Positions 9,314 to 19,742 of a stretch of 64,000 bases of DNA are shown here, piece by piece. The translations under genes were made by a program, and so were the position numbers. This DNA comes from Candidatus Parcubacteria bacterium (GTDB taxonomy: Bacteria; Patescibacteriota; Patescibacteriia; Patescibacteriales; UBA12075), in assembly GCA_963814275.1 (NCBI GenBank), contig CAWFCE010000002.1:42537-106536 (forward strand), written 5' to 3'. The first letter of the stretch is position 1, and every line of letters begins with the position of its first letter. Below the pieces are notes generated by a model. The model did no database searches. It was not told the DNA's origin and was given only the letters and a program-made list of their open reading frames with translations.

Positions 9314-11161
9314 TCAATTATGCCCGACTACCTTCCCCGGTATCTGCTTTTTGCCGACCAGTTTTTCAAATTGCTCGCGTTCGATCGTCTCTTTAGTCAA
9401 AAGCTCCTTTACCACCAATTCGAGTTTGGGTTTTTGTTCCCTGATTATATTGTTCGCCAATTCTTTGGCCTGCATAATGAAATTGTTGATCTCCATATCG
9501 ATCTGTTCCGCCACTTTTTCACTATAATCGCGCTGCTCGGTAATTTCGCGCCCCAAAAATATCATTTCTTCCTTGTCGCCGAAAGTCCGCGGTCCCAGCT
9601 TTTCCGACATGCCGAAGTCGGTGATCAGACGGCGGGCAATGGTGGTCGCCCGGCGCAAATCGGAAGTGGCCCCGGTTGTAACTTCGCCGAATATTTCCCG
9701 TTCGGTCAGATAGCCGCCAAGAAGCACGGCAATCTCCTCGATATACTCGGTTTTGGTGTGCATATGCTTATCCTCGGTCGGCAGCTTCAAAGTGTAGCCG
9801 CCGGCTTGGCCGCGGGCGATAATCGATATTTTGTGGACCGGATCGGTATGAGGCAGATAATGGGCGATTACCGCGTGGCCCGCCTCATGATAAGCGGTGA
9901 TTTTCTTCTCATTCTCGGTGATAACCCGCGACCGTCGTTCCGGGCCGAGCATTACTTTCTCGATAGCCTCATAGAGCTCGTCCATTTCCACGATCTTTTT
10001 GTTGCGGCGGGCAGCTAGAATAGCCGCTTCGTTCAGCAAATTCGCCAAATCGGCGCCACTGAAGCCCGGCGTCCGTTCGGCGACTTTGCGCAGGCTTACT
10101 TCCTTGGCGAGCGGTTTGTGGCGGGCATGGATTTTGAGAATCGCTTCCCGGTCGGCGATATCGGGGTTATCCAGAATCACCTGGCGGTCGAAACGGCCGG
10201 GTCGAAGCAGGGCGGGATCGAGAACATCGGGCCGGTTGGTGGCGGCCATCACGATTATATTGGTATTGGGGTCGAAGCCGTCCATTTCCACCAATATCTG
10301 GTTCAAAGTCTGCTCCCGTTCGTCATGCGATCCGCCCAAACCGGCGCCGCGCCGGCGTCCGACCGCGTCTATCTCATCGATAAACACTATGCAGGGAGCG
10401 CTTTTTTTCGCTTTTTTGAACAAATCACGAACCCGCGACGCGCCGACGCCGACGAACATTTCGACGAATTCGGAACCGGACATATGGAAAAACGGCACGT
10501 TAGCTTCGCCGGCTACCGCCCGGGCCAAAAGCGTTTTCCCCGTACCGGGCGAGCCCAATAGCAGTACCCCGCGGGGGATTCTGGCGCCCAGTTCGAGGAA
10601 TTTGCGCGGGTGGCGGAGGAATTCCACTACTTCTTTGAGCTCTTCTTTGGCTTCTTTTACGCCCGCCACATCCTTGAATGTCACTTTGTCTTTTCTGTCC
10701 TGGTTGATCTCTTTGGCCTGGGACTGGCCGAACATCATTGCCCGCGAATTTGCCCCCTGGACGCTGCGCATCATGAAATAAATAAAGGCGCCGATCAGAA
10801 GGAAGGGCAGGACAAATGGCAATATCACTCCCAGCCAAAAATCAAACCCTTCATTTTCTTTGACTTCAATCGTGACATTTGCCAGCTTGTCGTTTTGGAC
10901 GCCAAAATTACTCAAAAGCTGGGATAAGGATTCTCCCGTTTCTTTATCCACCAGCTCCTGGCTTCCGTCAGTCAAAGTTATCTGCATTTCCGTACCCCTG
11001 ACGATTATTTCCTTGACTTTGCCGTCATTAATCTGTTTAATAAATGCTTCGAGACCGACGTTCTGCACGTTATTGGCTTTATTGCCATAAAAACTGAACA
11101 ATGCCGCGATCAGTATGAATACGGCAAAAAATATTGCAAAATTTTTAATTAAATTCTTCAT
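9314..11161 (-). CDS. ftsH: ATP-dependent zinc metalloprotease FtsH
   Basis: N-terminal TM pair, AAA+ Walker [12 protein letters not shown], Walker [12 protein letters not shown] region, and zinc motif HEAGHA. Confidence 0.95.
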   Translation of the reverse strand: MKNLIKNFAIFFAVFILIAALFSFYGNKANNVQNVGLEAFIKQINDGKVKEIIVRGTEMQITLTDGSQELVDKETGESLSQLLSNFGVQNDKLANVTIEVKENEGFDFWLGVILPFVLPFLLIGAFIYFMMRSVQGANSRAMMFGQSQAKEINQDRKDKVTFKDVAGVKEAKEELKEVVEFLRHPRKFLELGARIPRGVLLLGSPGTGKTLLARAVAGEANVPFFHMSGSEFVEMFVGVGASRVRDLFKKAKKSAPCIVFIDEIDAVGRRRGAGLGGSHDEREQTLNQILVEMDGFDPNTNIIVMAATNRPDVLDPALLRPGRFDRQVILDNPDIADREAILKIHARHKPLAKEVSLRKVAERTPGFSGADLANLLNEAAILAARRNKKIVEMDELYEAIEKVMLGPERRSRVITENEKKITAYHEAGHAVIAHYLPHTDPVHKISIIARGQAGGYTLKLPTEDKHMHTKTEYIEEIAVLLGGYLTEREIFGEVTTGATSDLRRATTIARRLITDFGMSEKLGPRTFGDKEEMIFLGREITEQRDYSEKVAEQIDMEINNFIMQAKELANNIIREQKPKLELVVKELLTKETIEREQFEKLVGKKQIPGKVVGHN

Positions 11162-11243
11162 GGTTAGTTTAATTATGATTTATAAATCTACCCTCTAATT
11201 GTTCACTATAACATACCGACTGAGTGTATGCATTATTAGAAAG

Positions 11244-11306
11244 CAGAAAACAGGTAGCAGATAGCAAATCACTTCATCCTGGGCTGCTATCTGTTTTCTA
11301 TTTGCT
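11244..11306. repeat. heptamer-word hairpin related to 7822-7917
   Basis: cagaaaa caggtag cagatag caaatca, followed by the arm gctgctatctgttttctatttgct. It shares cagaaaacagNtagcagata with the 7822 copy. Confidence 0.75.
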
Positions 11307-11485
11307 AAATAAATGAAGCGTCAATACGGCGACAATAACAATTGAGCATGCAAATCAATCCTGAAAAAACCGACCATACACGCATATAAGTATAATATAT
11401 ATCTTAATTTATTACAACCTTATTCCTGGCTAATATATTATCAACCAATAATTAATATTTTGTTAATAATCGGCGCCGGATTCAA

Positions 11486-11520
11486 ATTTTTAAAACAGGC
11501 CCGGAGCATACCGGGCCTGT
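11486..11520 (-). terminator. intrinsic terminator downstream of rpsA
   Basis: A 10-bp GC-rich stem (acaggcccgg / ccgggcctgt, loop agcata) is followed on the minus strand by UUUUAAAAA. Confidence 0.7.
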
Positions 11521-11541
11521 TGTATTTATCGATATCACTGG

Positions 11542-12852
11542 TTATTTTTTCTTTTTGGCGCTAGTTTTGGCCGGTTTATCCTTGCTGGCCGGTTTTTTCT
11601 CCTTGCTGGCCGGTTTTTTCTTTTCTTCAGGCTCTTTTTCTTTGCTGTCTTCGGACTTCGGTTTATCTTTCTTGTCATCCTCGGTCTTCTTTGCGGCTGA
11701 TTCTTTTTTCTTTCCGGATTCCGCCTCAAGAGCGGCCGCCGATCGTGCCAAGCCAAGCCGATGATCTTTGGGCTCGATCGAAACTATTTCAAAAAACTTC
11801 TCTTCATTGGCTTTATACTTGTCATTGATCCGTTCTTTGGGGGCGAGGTCAAGCTGGCTGATATGGGCCAGTCCATGAATATCATCATCCAGGGAAACGA
11901 ATAGGCCGAATGGATTGACCTTAAGGATCTTGCCTTTAACCGTCTGCCCGACCTTATATTTGTCCGCCACTAATTCCCACGGATCTTTGATCAGCTTTTT
12001 GGCGGATAAGAATATTTTTGAATTTTCCAGGCTGATCACCTCGGCCTTGATATTATCGCCGACTTTGAACAAATCATTCGGATCGTCTATCCTCTGCCAG
12101 GCTAATTCGGAAATATGAATAAGCCCCTCCAGATTTTCACCGAAGCTCAAAAATACGCCGAAATCCGTAATGGCCGTTATAGTCCCTTCCACCACGGTTC
12201 CAACCTTATATTTATTGATCACGTCTTTTTGCTTTTCATTCCAAGCCTCTTTCTCCGAAAAAATTATCTTGTCTTCTTTGGCTTCCAGGGTCATTACTTT
12301 GACCTCGAAATCTCTTCCGACGAAACTCCGCAATCGCTCGAGAATTTTGCCTTTATCGCCGCCGTTAACGCGCGGGTAATTTTCCGGAGCCAGTTGGGAT
12401 ACCGGCAAAAAACCGGAAATCTGGCGGTATTTGACGAGCAGGCCGCCCTTGTTGGCGTCTGCTACTTTGACTTTGACGATTCCCTGGTCTTTGTGGGCGT
12501 CTTCCAGGCCGGCCCAGGCTTTTTCCTGGCCGGCAAAACGGAAAGAAAGTTCGTATTCCCCGTTTTCATTCTCGAGATCGATAACGGTCGCTTCGACCTC
12601 GTCTCCCGGTTTCAAATCGGCATAATCATCGTCCTCTTCATAGAGCTCAGGCCCGCGGACAACGCCGGTCGTCACCCCGTCGATATCGAGCTTGACTTCG
12701 GATTTGGAAGCGGAAATGACGACTCCCTTAATGAGATCGCCTGTTTTCGGCGCCTTAAAGGTATAATCGTCGACCATTTGCCTGTAATCATCCGCTGAAA
12801 TACTATCGCCGGAAAGGGCGGTATTATCGGTTTTGATATCTTTGTCTGTCAT
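11542..12852 (-). CDS. rpsA: 30S ribosomal protein S1 with Lys-rich C-terminal tail
   Basis: Four tandem S1/OB repeats (GxxxxGxVxxxxxxGxFV patterns). The tail is ...KKKPASKEKKPASKDKPAKTSAKKKK. Confidence 0.85.
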   Translation of the reverse strand: MTDKDIKTDNTALSGDSISADDYRQMVDDYTFKAPKTGDLIKGVVISASKSEVKLDIDGVTTGVVRGPELYEEDDDYADLKPGDEVEATVIDLENENGEYELSFRFAGQEKAWAGLEDAHKDQGIVKVKVADANKGGLLVKYRQISGFLPVSQLAPENYPRVNGGDKGKILERLRSFVGRDFEVKVMTLEAKEDKIIFSEKEAWNEKQKDVINKYKVGTVVEGTITAITDFGVFLSFGENLEGLIHISELAWQRIDDPNDLFKVGDNIKAEVISLENSKIFLSAKKLIKDPWELVADKYKVGQTVKGKILKVNPFGLFVSLDDDIHGLAHISQLDLAPKERINDKYKANEEKFFEIVSIEPKDHRLGLARSAAALEAESGKKKESAAKKTEDDKKDKPKSEDSKEKEPEEKKKPASKEKKPASKDKPAKTSAKKKK

Positions 12853-13019
12853 AAATAATGCTGTTGGCTAATCTAAATAAAAAAACAGCATTTAGCCTCT
12901 CCCGTCTGGCGGGAACGAAGCCCTCCGGCCGCCTTATTCACCGAAGGCTTAATAAAAGGCGTTTATAATTTTTAAATAGTATATATATTATACACGAATT
13001 GGATATTTTTGCAAGCCGG

Positions 13020-13763
13020 CTAATTCAACGCGATGTACTTTTTCCATTTATCATACAATTCCGCCGTAGCATAAAGGTCCCAGGAATTATATTCTGCTAT
13101 TTCGGTATACTTCTTTTCCCTAAACAACCGGCTGACATCATCCCCGGTAATACCGCCGGCCTTAGGCGATTTGATCCCCAGGGCGGCGCAATAGAGGTGA
13201 AGGCTGCCGCGGCGTCGGACTGCGCCGTAAAAAGACAGCTGGTCCATGAGGTCGATATGGCGGATCCCGCCGCCCTGGCTCCTCAAATAACGGCTGGACA
13301 TTAGGTCGACTGTCGGCTTGATCCGATACCTGGCCCCCCGGATGGTGATAAATGGAACATCAAACGAGCGGCCGTTGAAACTGACGAACTTATCATAAGT
13401 TTTGGCGCCCTGCCAAAACGCTTCGATCATCTCCGCTTCGGTTTTCGGCTTGAAGGTGAAGCTGCCGTCGGCATATTCGCTGGTCTGGGCAGCGGGCGCC
13501 TGGAAATACACTACCCCCCGGTTCCGTTCATCGTCATACACGCCGATAGCCGCGATTTCACCGGTCAAAGGGGAAAACCCCAACCCTTCTTTCATGTCCC
13601 GGAGCAGCGCCTCATAACGCTCCTTGCCGCCACCGGCCTCCCGCTTGATCCAGCGGGTCAAATGGTGCCTGGTTACCTCGTCCAAGGCGTCAAAATCGGC
13701 ACCAACGGTTTCAATATCGAATATGAGAGCCATATTCCAAATGTCGAATGACAAATTATACAA
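13020..13763 (-). CDS. RNase H-fold 3'-5' exonuclease (PolB-exonuclease-like)
   Basis: It has LIFDIETV (Exo I), FNGRSFDVPF (Exo II-like) and a C-terminal YNxxD (EYNSWDLYAT). The likely true start is MALIFDIE, near 13733. Confidence 0.7.
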   Translation of the reverse strand: MYNLSFDIWNMALIFDIETVGADFDALDEVTRHHLTRWIKREAGGGKERYEALLRDMKEGLGFSPLTGEIAAIGVYDDERNRGVVYFQAPAAQTSEYADGSFTFKPKTEAEMIEAFWQGAKTYDKFVSFNGRSFDVPFITIRGARYRIKPTVDLMSSRYLRSQGGGIRHIDLMDQLSFYGAVRRRGSLHLYCAALGIKSPKAGGITGDDVSRLFREKKYTEIAEYNSWDLYATAELYDKWKKYIALN

Positions 13764-13873
13764 TAATTAATTATATTTCATTCTATAATAAAAAATACTC
13801 GCTTAGCAATTGTATATGTCAAGCGAGTATTATATTTTATTCGTCATTCAAAATTAGTCATTCGTCATTTGCC

Positions 13874-14857
13874 CTAGCCTCCGCAATCGGCGTTGGTGCT
13901 TGCGGCCGAGGTGTTGAAACCGAAACCGGCAGACGGCTGGGCGCTCGATAACTGGGTCGTGCAAACATCCGGCGGGTTGTCGTAACCGTTGCAGATCGAA
14001 GCTAAAAGCGAAGCGGAATCACGTCCGGAACTTACTATTTGGCCGTTGATCACGAGCGTCGGCGAGCCGCTGACGCCGTAGGCGTCCGTATCGGCCTTGA
14101 ATATGTCGAATCCCGGGTAGCTGCCGCGGAATCCGACCTGATTCTGATAATTTTCCATAACCTTGTATTGGCTGTCCGTGGCCGCCACGCAGGAATTCAT
14201 CTTGGTGGTGTTGATGCCCGTGGTCGACAAACAGCCTTCGCCGTCGCCATCGGCCAAGAAGCACTGCAAGTAGGCGGTCAGCTTCTCCGGTTCGTTCTTT
14301 TCGATGCAATACTGGTTCAATTCCTCTTTCAGTTCTTTTTCGCCATGCATGGCGTAATCGCAGAATTTGAGCTCGAAATCGACCTGGTCGCCCAAGGTAT
14401 CCAGCACCGGCAATATGCCTTTTTCGATCTGCGTACCGTACGGGCAGTGGCTCATCACGAATAGTTCGACTTTGGCGCGCTCGGCCTTCGGCACGTTAGT
14501 GGCCGGCTGGGGCTGGCTGTCGCTGGGGGTGGCGTCTGCCTGTTCGTTCGCCTGGGATTCGATTTCGGCAACATCCATTACCTGCGGGAAAAACTTCGTA
14601 CCGTCTTTGGTAATATACGAAGTTACTTCCTGGCCGGTGGACAGGGACAGAACCAATTTATACATTCCCTGGTCTTCGCCGGCTTCTTTAACGGTTACCG
14701 TCGAGCCGGGCTGCATCAGGTTGCTATTGATAAAATCGATCGCTTTGGCCTGAGCTTCTTCGATTGTAAGCATCTTTGCCGTATTGTTGGAACCTAGCTG
14801 GCTGCATCCGGCAGCGACCAAGACTAGGGCGGCGCCTAATAATATGACCTTCTTCAT
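13874..14857 (-). CDS. secreted lipoprotein with thioredoxin/DsbA-like domain
   Basis: The signal peptide ends ...LVAAGC. A CxxC active site is present (MSHCPYG), with a further Cys-rich C-terminal half. Confidence 0.65.
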   Translation of the reverse strand: MKKVILLGAALVLVAAGCSQLGSNNTAKMLTIEEAQAKAIDFINSNLMQPGSTVTVKEAGEDQGMYKLVLSLSTGQEVTSYITKDGTKFFPQVMDVAEIESQANEQADATPSDSQPQPATNVPKAERAKVELFVMSHCPYGTQIEKGILPVLDTLGDQVDFELKFCDYAMHGEKELKEELNQYCIEKNEPEKLTAYLQCFLADGDGEGCLSTTGINTTKMNSCVAATDSQYKVMENYQNQVGFRGSYPGFDIFKADTDAYGVSGSPTLVINGQIVSSGRDSASLLASICNGYDNPPDVCTTQLSSAQPSAGFGFNTSAASTNADCGG

Positions 14858-15116
14858 ACGATTAGAAAAAAATTAATAAATAATTAAATTATCGCTTAGA
14901 TTAGTATCATTTAGTAACAATAATAGTATTAGCTTAGCAGAACCGCAAAATAAAGTCAAAAAATATTTGAGACCACAAGGCGAGGCCCTCCCGCCCCGCC
15001 TTTATTTGCCATTTTTATGATTTATAATAGTGCTTATTTCAAGATTGCCGGTACTTGCCGGCTTCGTCATTCCTGCCTACCGGCAGGCAGGCGGCATTTA
15101 TAATTAGCCATTTCTT

Positions 15117-17861
15117 CTACGCCCAGGTTACACAGGCAACATGGTCGCTCGGCTCTTTGAAACGCATCAGCCGCACACCCTGTGTATCCCGCCCCAGCTG
15201 ATTAACGGCTTTGAACCCCAGGCGGATAACCTGGCCTTTTTCGGAAATTATGATCAGATCTTTTTCTTTCATGGTTTCGGCGTTAACGACGTAGGCATTC
15301 ACCAAGTCACCGGTCTTGGCCGTCACTTTGGCGGTTTTGATGCCGGAGCCACCGCGTCCCTGCAGCTTATAGAGGTTCAATGGCGTCCGTTTGCCATAAC
15401 CGCCGCCCATTATGGTCAGGACCTGGTACTTTTTCTGTATTTCCCTGTCGGAGCCGATGACCCCCATGCCGACCAGCCGGTCGCCCGTTTTCAGGCGGAC
15501 ACCGAAGACGCCGGCGGCACTGCGCCCCATGTCCCTGACATCGGTTTCCCGAAAACGTATCGCCTGGCCTTTGGCGGTGATCAGATGGATCTCATCTTTG
15601 CCGCTAGTCGGTTTTGCCCAGATCAGCTTATCATCCGGCTTGATCTTGATCGCCATCAGGCCGCTCCGGCGGACATTGGCGAAGGCATCCAACCGGACTT
15701 TCTTGACCAGGCCGCGCTCAGTCGCGAAAAACAGGTATTCGGCGGCGGCCAGCCGGTCAAGCGGCAAGGTCGAAGTGACCTGTTCGCTGGGGGATAATTG
15801 CAGGAAATTGACGATTGCCTGGCCCTTGGCGGTGCGGGCGGCTACCGGAATCTCGTAAACCTTAAGCTGGAATACCCGGCCGCGAGTGGTAAAAAATAAA
15901 ATATCGGAGTGGGTCGTGGTCGTAAACATGAATTCAACCATATCCTCCTCCTTAGTGGTCAAACCAATAACCCCTTTGCCGCCGCGGCCCTGGGCCTTGA
16001 ACGTATCCGGCGGCAGGCGCTTGATATAACCGTCCCGGGTCATGAACACGACTGTATCCTCATTGGGCACCAGATCTTCCATGGCAAAATCTTTTACCCC
16101 GCGCGCCACGACTTGGGTTCTCCGGTCATCGCCGTATTTGTCGGCTACCGCTTTGAGCTCGTCCTTGATGATTGATTTGATCTTGGTCCGGGATTTGAGT
16201 ATCGCTTCCAGATCCTTGATCAGTTGTTTCTTTTCCTTAAGCTCATCTTCGATCTTCAATTGCTCCAGATTGGCCAGGTTCTGCAGGCGCATTTCCAGAA
16301 TCGCTATTGCCTGACGGTCCGACAACTTGAACTTTTTCATCAAATTTACTTTGGCCGTTTCCCGGTCGCGGCTTTGCTTGATCGTTTTGATCACCGCGTC
16401 GATATTGTGCAGGGCGATCATCAATCCTTCCAGGATATGGGCGCGTTCCCGGGCCTTATCCAGGTCATATTGAGTCCGGCGACGGACGACAACTTCGCGG
16501 TGCTTGATATATTCCTCAAGCGTAGCCTTGAGCGTCAATACCCGCGGCTGGATACCATCGACAAGCGCCAGCATATTGACATGAAACGTTTCCTGCAGCT
16601 GAGTGTGCTTATAAAGGCTATTTAAGATCTTTTTCGGATAGGCATCTTTCTTAAGATCGATCACGACGCGGACGCCATCCTTATCGGATTCGTCCCGCAA
16701 ATCGCGAATCCCTTCCAGGCGCTTGCTTTTGACCAGATCGGCTATTTTCTCGACCAGGGAAGCTTTATTTACCTGATAGGGAATTTCGCTGATCACAACC
16801 TGGAATGAGCCGTTTTTCGCTTCGACGATCTCAGCGCGGCCGCGTAGCACGATTCCGCCACGGCCGGTCGAATACGCCTGTAGGATGTCTTTTTGATTGT
16901 ATATAACGCCACCAGTCGGAAAATCCGGACCTTTGACATACTCCATCAACTCTTCGGTATCGGCCTCTGGTTTCTCGAGCAAAAGGTTGATACCGGCCGC
17001 CAGCTCCCGCAAATTATGCGGCGGGATATTGGTGGCCATGCCGACCGCGATACCCATCATACCGTTTAAGAGCAGGCTCGGCAGCGTGGCCGGCAGGACT
17101 TGCGGCTCCTTATGGGATCCATCATAATTGGGTGAAAAATCGACAGTATTTTTTTCGATGTCATACAGCAATTCTTCGGCAATCGCCGACATTTTCGCTT
17201 CGGTATACCGCATGGCAGCGGCGCTGTCCCCGTCCATTGACCCGAAATTGCCCTGTCCCGCCACCAATGGGTAGCGCATCGCAAAATTCTGGGCCATCCG
17301 GACCATGGAGTCGTAAACCGCCACATCGCCGTGCGGATGGTATTTGCCCAGCACCTCGCCGACCACAGTGGCGGATTTGCGGTATTTCGCGCTTGACCGG
17401 AGCCCGATCGACCACATCGCGTAGAGGATACGGCGATGCACCGGCTTGAGTCCGTCCCGCACATCCGGCAAAGCGCGCTGGACGATTACGCTCATCGCGT
17501 AATCCAGATATGACTTGCGCATTTCGTCGCTGATGGCCAGAGGTTCGATTACGCCGTATTCGGTCATTTGCCGCTCGGTCGCGATCGTCATAGTCGTCTT
17601 TGGCTCAGCCTCCTCCGGCTGTTTTTCCGGCGCGCTTTCGGCCGGCGCCGCTTTCGGTTTTGGTTCGGCCTTAAGCTCCGCTTTTGGCGCTTTCTTGGCC
17701 GTCTCTTTAACCGGCGGTTTTTTGTCCGCTGCCGGCCTCGCTTTGGGGGCCGGACTCGGTGTTTTATCTTTTTTGGAGATCGCTTTGGAGGACGCTGTCT
17801 TTTTCATTTTATCCGGCTTCTTGGGTGTGGCCTTTTTATCTTTCTTATTTTTTGTGGACAT
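15117..17861 (-). CDS. gyrA: DNA gyrase subunit A with about 95-aa Lys/Pro/Ala-rich N-terminal extension
   Basis: [31 protein letters not shown], catalytic AAMRYTE, and C-terminal beta-pinwheel repeats. The extension runs [18 protein letters not shown]...[13 protein letters not shown]. Confidence 0.95.
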   Translation of the reverse strand: MSTKNKKDKKATPKKPDKMKKTASSKAISKKDKTPSPAPKARPAADKKPPVKETAKKAPKAELKAEPKPKAAPAESAPEKQPEEAEPKTTMTIATERQMTEYGVIEPLAISDEMRKSYLDYAMSVIVQRALPDVRDGLKPVHRRILYAMWSIGLRSSAKYRKSATVVGEVLGKYHPHGDVAVYDSMVRMAQNFAMRYPLVAGQGNFGSMDGDSAAAMRYTEAKMSAIAEELLYDIEKNTVDFSPNYDGSHKEPQVLPATLPSLLLNGMMGIAVGMATNIPPHNLRELAAGINLLLEKPEADTEELMEYVKGPDFPTGGVIYNQKDILQAYSTGRGGIVLRGRAEIVEAKNGSFQVVISEIPYQVNKASLVEKIADLVKSKRLEGIRDLRDESDKDGVRVVIDLKKDAYPKKILNSLYKHTQLQETFHVNMLALVDGIQPRVLTLKATLEEYIKHREVVVRRRTQYDLDKARERAHILEGLMIALHNIDAVIKTIKQSRDRETAKVNLMKKFKLSDRQAIAILEMRLQNLANLEQLKIEDELKEKKQLIKDLEAILKSRTKIKSIIKDELKAVADKYGDDRRTQVVARGVKDFAMEDLVPNEDTVVFMTRDGYIKRLPPDTFKAQGRGGKGVIGLTTKEEDMVEFMFTTTTHSDILFFTTRGRVFQLKVYEIPVAARTAKGQAIVNFLQLSPSEQVTSTLPLDRLAAAEYLFFATERGLVKKVRLDAFANVRRSGLMAIKIKPDDKLIWAKPTSGKDEIHLITAKGQAIRFRETDVRDMGRSAAGVFGVRLKTGDRLVGMGVIGSDREIQKKYQVLTIMGGGYGKRTPLNLYKLQGRGGSGIKTAKVTAKTGDLVNAYVVNAETMKEKDLIIISEKGQVIRLGFKAVNQLGRDTQGVRLMRFKEPSDHVACVTWA

Positions 17862-17950
17862 ATATTATATTTAAAAATTGTTGCAATTTTTAATGTTAAA
17901 TTATTTTTAATAACCGATAACCAAACCGTTTGATTATTAATTACCGAAAC

Positions 17951-17989
17951 CTGCCTGCCGGCAGGTTGTATCTTGTATCTTGGTTATTT
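17951..17989. repeat. same element family, opposite orientation
   Basis: cctgcctgccggcagg followed by gtatcttgtatcttggttattt, which is one mismatch from 3983-4004. Confidence 0.7.
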
Positions 17990-18049
17990 CAAAGACTCTT
18001 ACTTAAAGATATTTCTTATGATTTCTGAGCAAATAGAACATTTTTATTT

Positions 18050-18715
18050 TCATTCATTCTCCAATACCTCCTTCAGCTTCCCGATGTTCGCCTTAATTTC
18101 GCTGCTCGTCGCCATAATCGCGGCTTTGAACGTACTGGTAGCGATCGGATCGCTTTCCGGCAATCCTGATACGGTACTGGTCCCGGTTGTTGTAGCCGTT
18201 CGCCCCTGGAGTAAGGTGTCTTTAAGCTCGTTTATCCGGGTAAGGTCGGTTTGCATTTCTTCCATTCGACCCACCAAATCATCGCTTAGCTCCTGCCAGG
18301 TTTTCGAGAAATCATCATCTTTGACCGTTTCCGCGACCCGGAAAGGATGGCCCAGATTAAGGAACCAGAAAAATACGATCAGGAGCATAAAAAACGTGAC
18401 GCCGCTCCAGATGATAAACCGCTTCTCGCGCTCGATCCGCTCCGGGTCGCGACGGGACTCGACGCGCCTGGAAGCGGGTACGGCTGTCTCTTGGGTAGGG
18501 ATATTGTTCACCGGCAGCGGCTTTTCCGCTTCAGTCTTTTCGGCTTTGGGCTGGTTAACGGTCTTCTTCGGCTGATGGATTGTCCGTTTGACCCTGACTG
18601 CCAAAACCGAAGCTTTCCGCCGCTTTTTCGGCTTTTCCGCGTCCAGTTCTTTCTTTGTCCGCGCCAACCGGTTACGGTGCTTATTGTCCGGCTTCCTTGC
18701 CTGTCTTTCGGCCAT
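18050..18715 (-). CDS. membrane-anchored protein with basic N-terminus, unknown function
   Basis: Arg/Lys-rich N-terminal 100 aa, one TM segment (IIWSGVTFFMLLIVFFWFL), and a coiled-coil-like C-terminus. Confidence 0.5.
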   Translation of the reverse strand: MAERQARKPDNKHRNRLARTKKELDAEKPKKRRKASVLAVRVKRTIHQPKKTVNQPKAEKTEAEKPLPVNNIPTQETAVPASRRVESRRDPERIEREKRFIIWSGVTFFMLLIVFFWFLNLGHPFRVAETVKDDDFSKTWQELSDDLVGRMEEMQTDLTRINELKDTLLQGRTATTTGTSTVSGLPESDPIATSTFKAAIMATSSEIKANIGKLKEVLENE

Positions 18716-18944
18716 AAAAATAGCTAATTAAACATAAAATTCACCCTTCGGGCGAATGTATTTCCTGCCTTGATTGTAGCAAAATTTTTATACTTTGTAA
18801 AGCATCGCCCATGCAATTTTTATCCCTTTAATTAGCTAAAAATAATATAATAAATTCATATTCTTATGAATTTTATCCGATATAATCGAAAACGGCAATC
18901 TTCATATGAGATTGCCGTATTGTTCGATTATAATAACATGATTT

Positions 18945-19589
18945 TTAGAGCTTCAGTATCACCAATTCCATATCTTCCTGCGGCAAGTCCTTTTTGGCGA
19001 TCTTCAATTTGTCTTCTTCCGTCGGCTTCACCCCCAGTTCCTTGATGAATTTATCCACCTCGTCAATATCGATAACCAGACCCGGGACTTTGTAATGCAT
19101 CGGGATCACCATCCGGGGTTCGATCTGGTTGACCACTTCGACCGCCTCGGCGGCATTCAATGTATATTTCCCGCCCACCGGGACCATCAGGATATCGATG
19201 CCGGCCAATACTTCGAGCTGTTTGTTGTCCAGCTTATGCCCGAGGTCGCCCAGGTGGACAATCGATATATCGTCCAATTCGATCCGGTAAATCACGTTCC
19301 TTCCCCGTTCCTTGCCTTCCTTGGCATCATGGAACGATTCGACGCCCTGAACCGCCACGCCTTTAATATCATACTCCCCTGCGCGCTCGATGACAAACGG
19401 CTCCCCCCGCAGGGAATTGGCATTATTATGGTCGTAATGGTCGTGGCTTACAGTAACGACATCGGCCTCAAACGCCGGCGGTTTCAGTCCGATTTTCTTA
19501 TCGAATGGATCGGTAACAAGCGTTATCCCGTCCGCTGTCGCCTTGTCCTGGATTTTAAAGCATGAATGTCCTAGCCACGTAATTATCAT
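18945..19589 (-). CDS. metallo-beta-lactamase-fold hydrolase (UPF0173-like)
   Basis: MIITWLGHSCF start and HDHYDH metal motif. Confidence 0.8.
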   Translation of the reverse strand: MIITWLGHSCFKIQDKATADGITLVTDPFDKKIGLKPPAFEADVVTVSHDHYDHNNANSLRGEPFVIERAGEYDIKGVAVQGVESFHDAKEGKERGRNVIYRIELDDISIVHLGDLGHKLDNKQLEVLAGIDILMVPVGGKYTLNAAEAVEVVNQIEPRMVIPMHYKVPGLVIDIDEVDKFIKELGVKPTEEDKLKIAKKDLPQEDMELVILKL

Positions 19590-19666
19590 ATATTTTATTT
19601 AATCTTTAGTATAACAATAGAATATAACCACAAATATAGCTTTAAGGCAAGATAAATTATATTTTA

Positions 19667-19733
19667 AAATTTGTAACTTGAAATTTCGAAACTTGGCATT
19701 AAAATATTATCCTAATTTCCAATTTCAAATTTC
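19667..19733. repeat. AT-rich word hairpin sharing exact modules with two other loci
   Basis: aaatttgtaacttgaaat (19667-19684) equals 2533-2550. cctaatttccaatttcaaatttc (19711-19733) equals 57076-57098. Confidence 0.75.
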
Positions 19734-19742
19734 CAATTACCG

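Noticed and set aside
11535-11764. Arg/Lys-rich 73-aa ORF and an antisense 69-aa ORF at the 3' end of rpsA.
   Set aside because: They are frame-shifted or antisense readings of the Lys-rich S1 tail.
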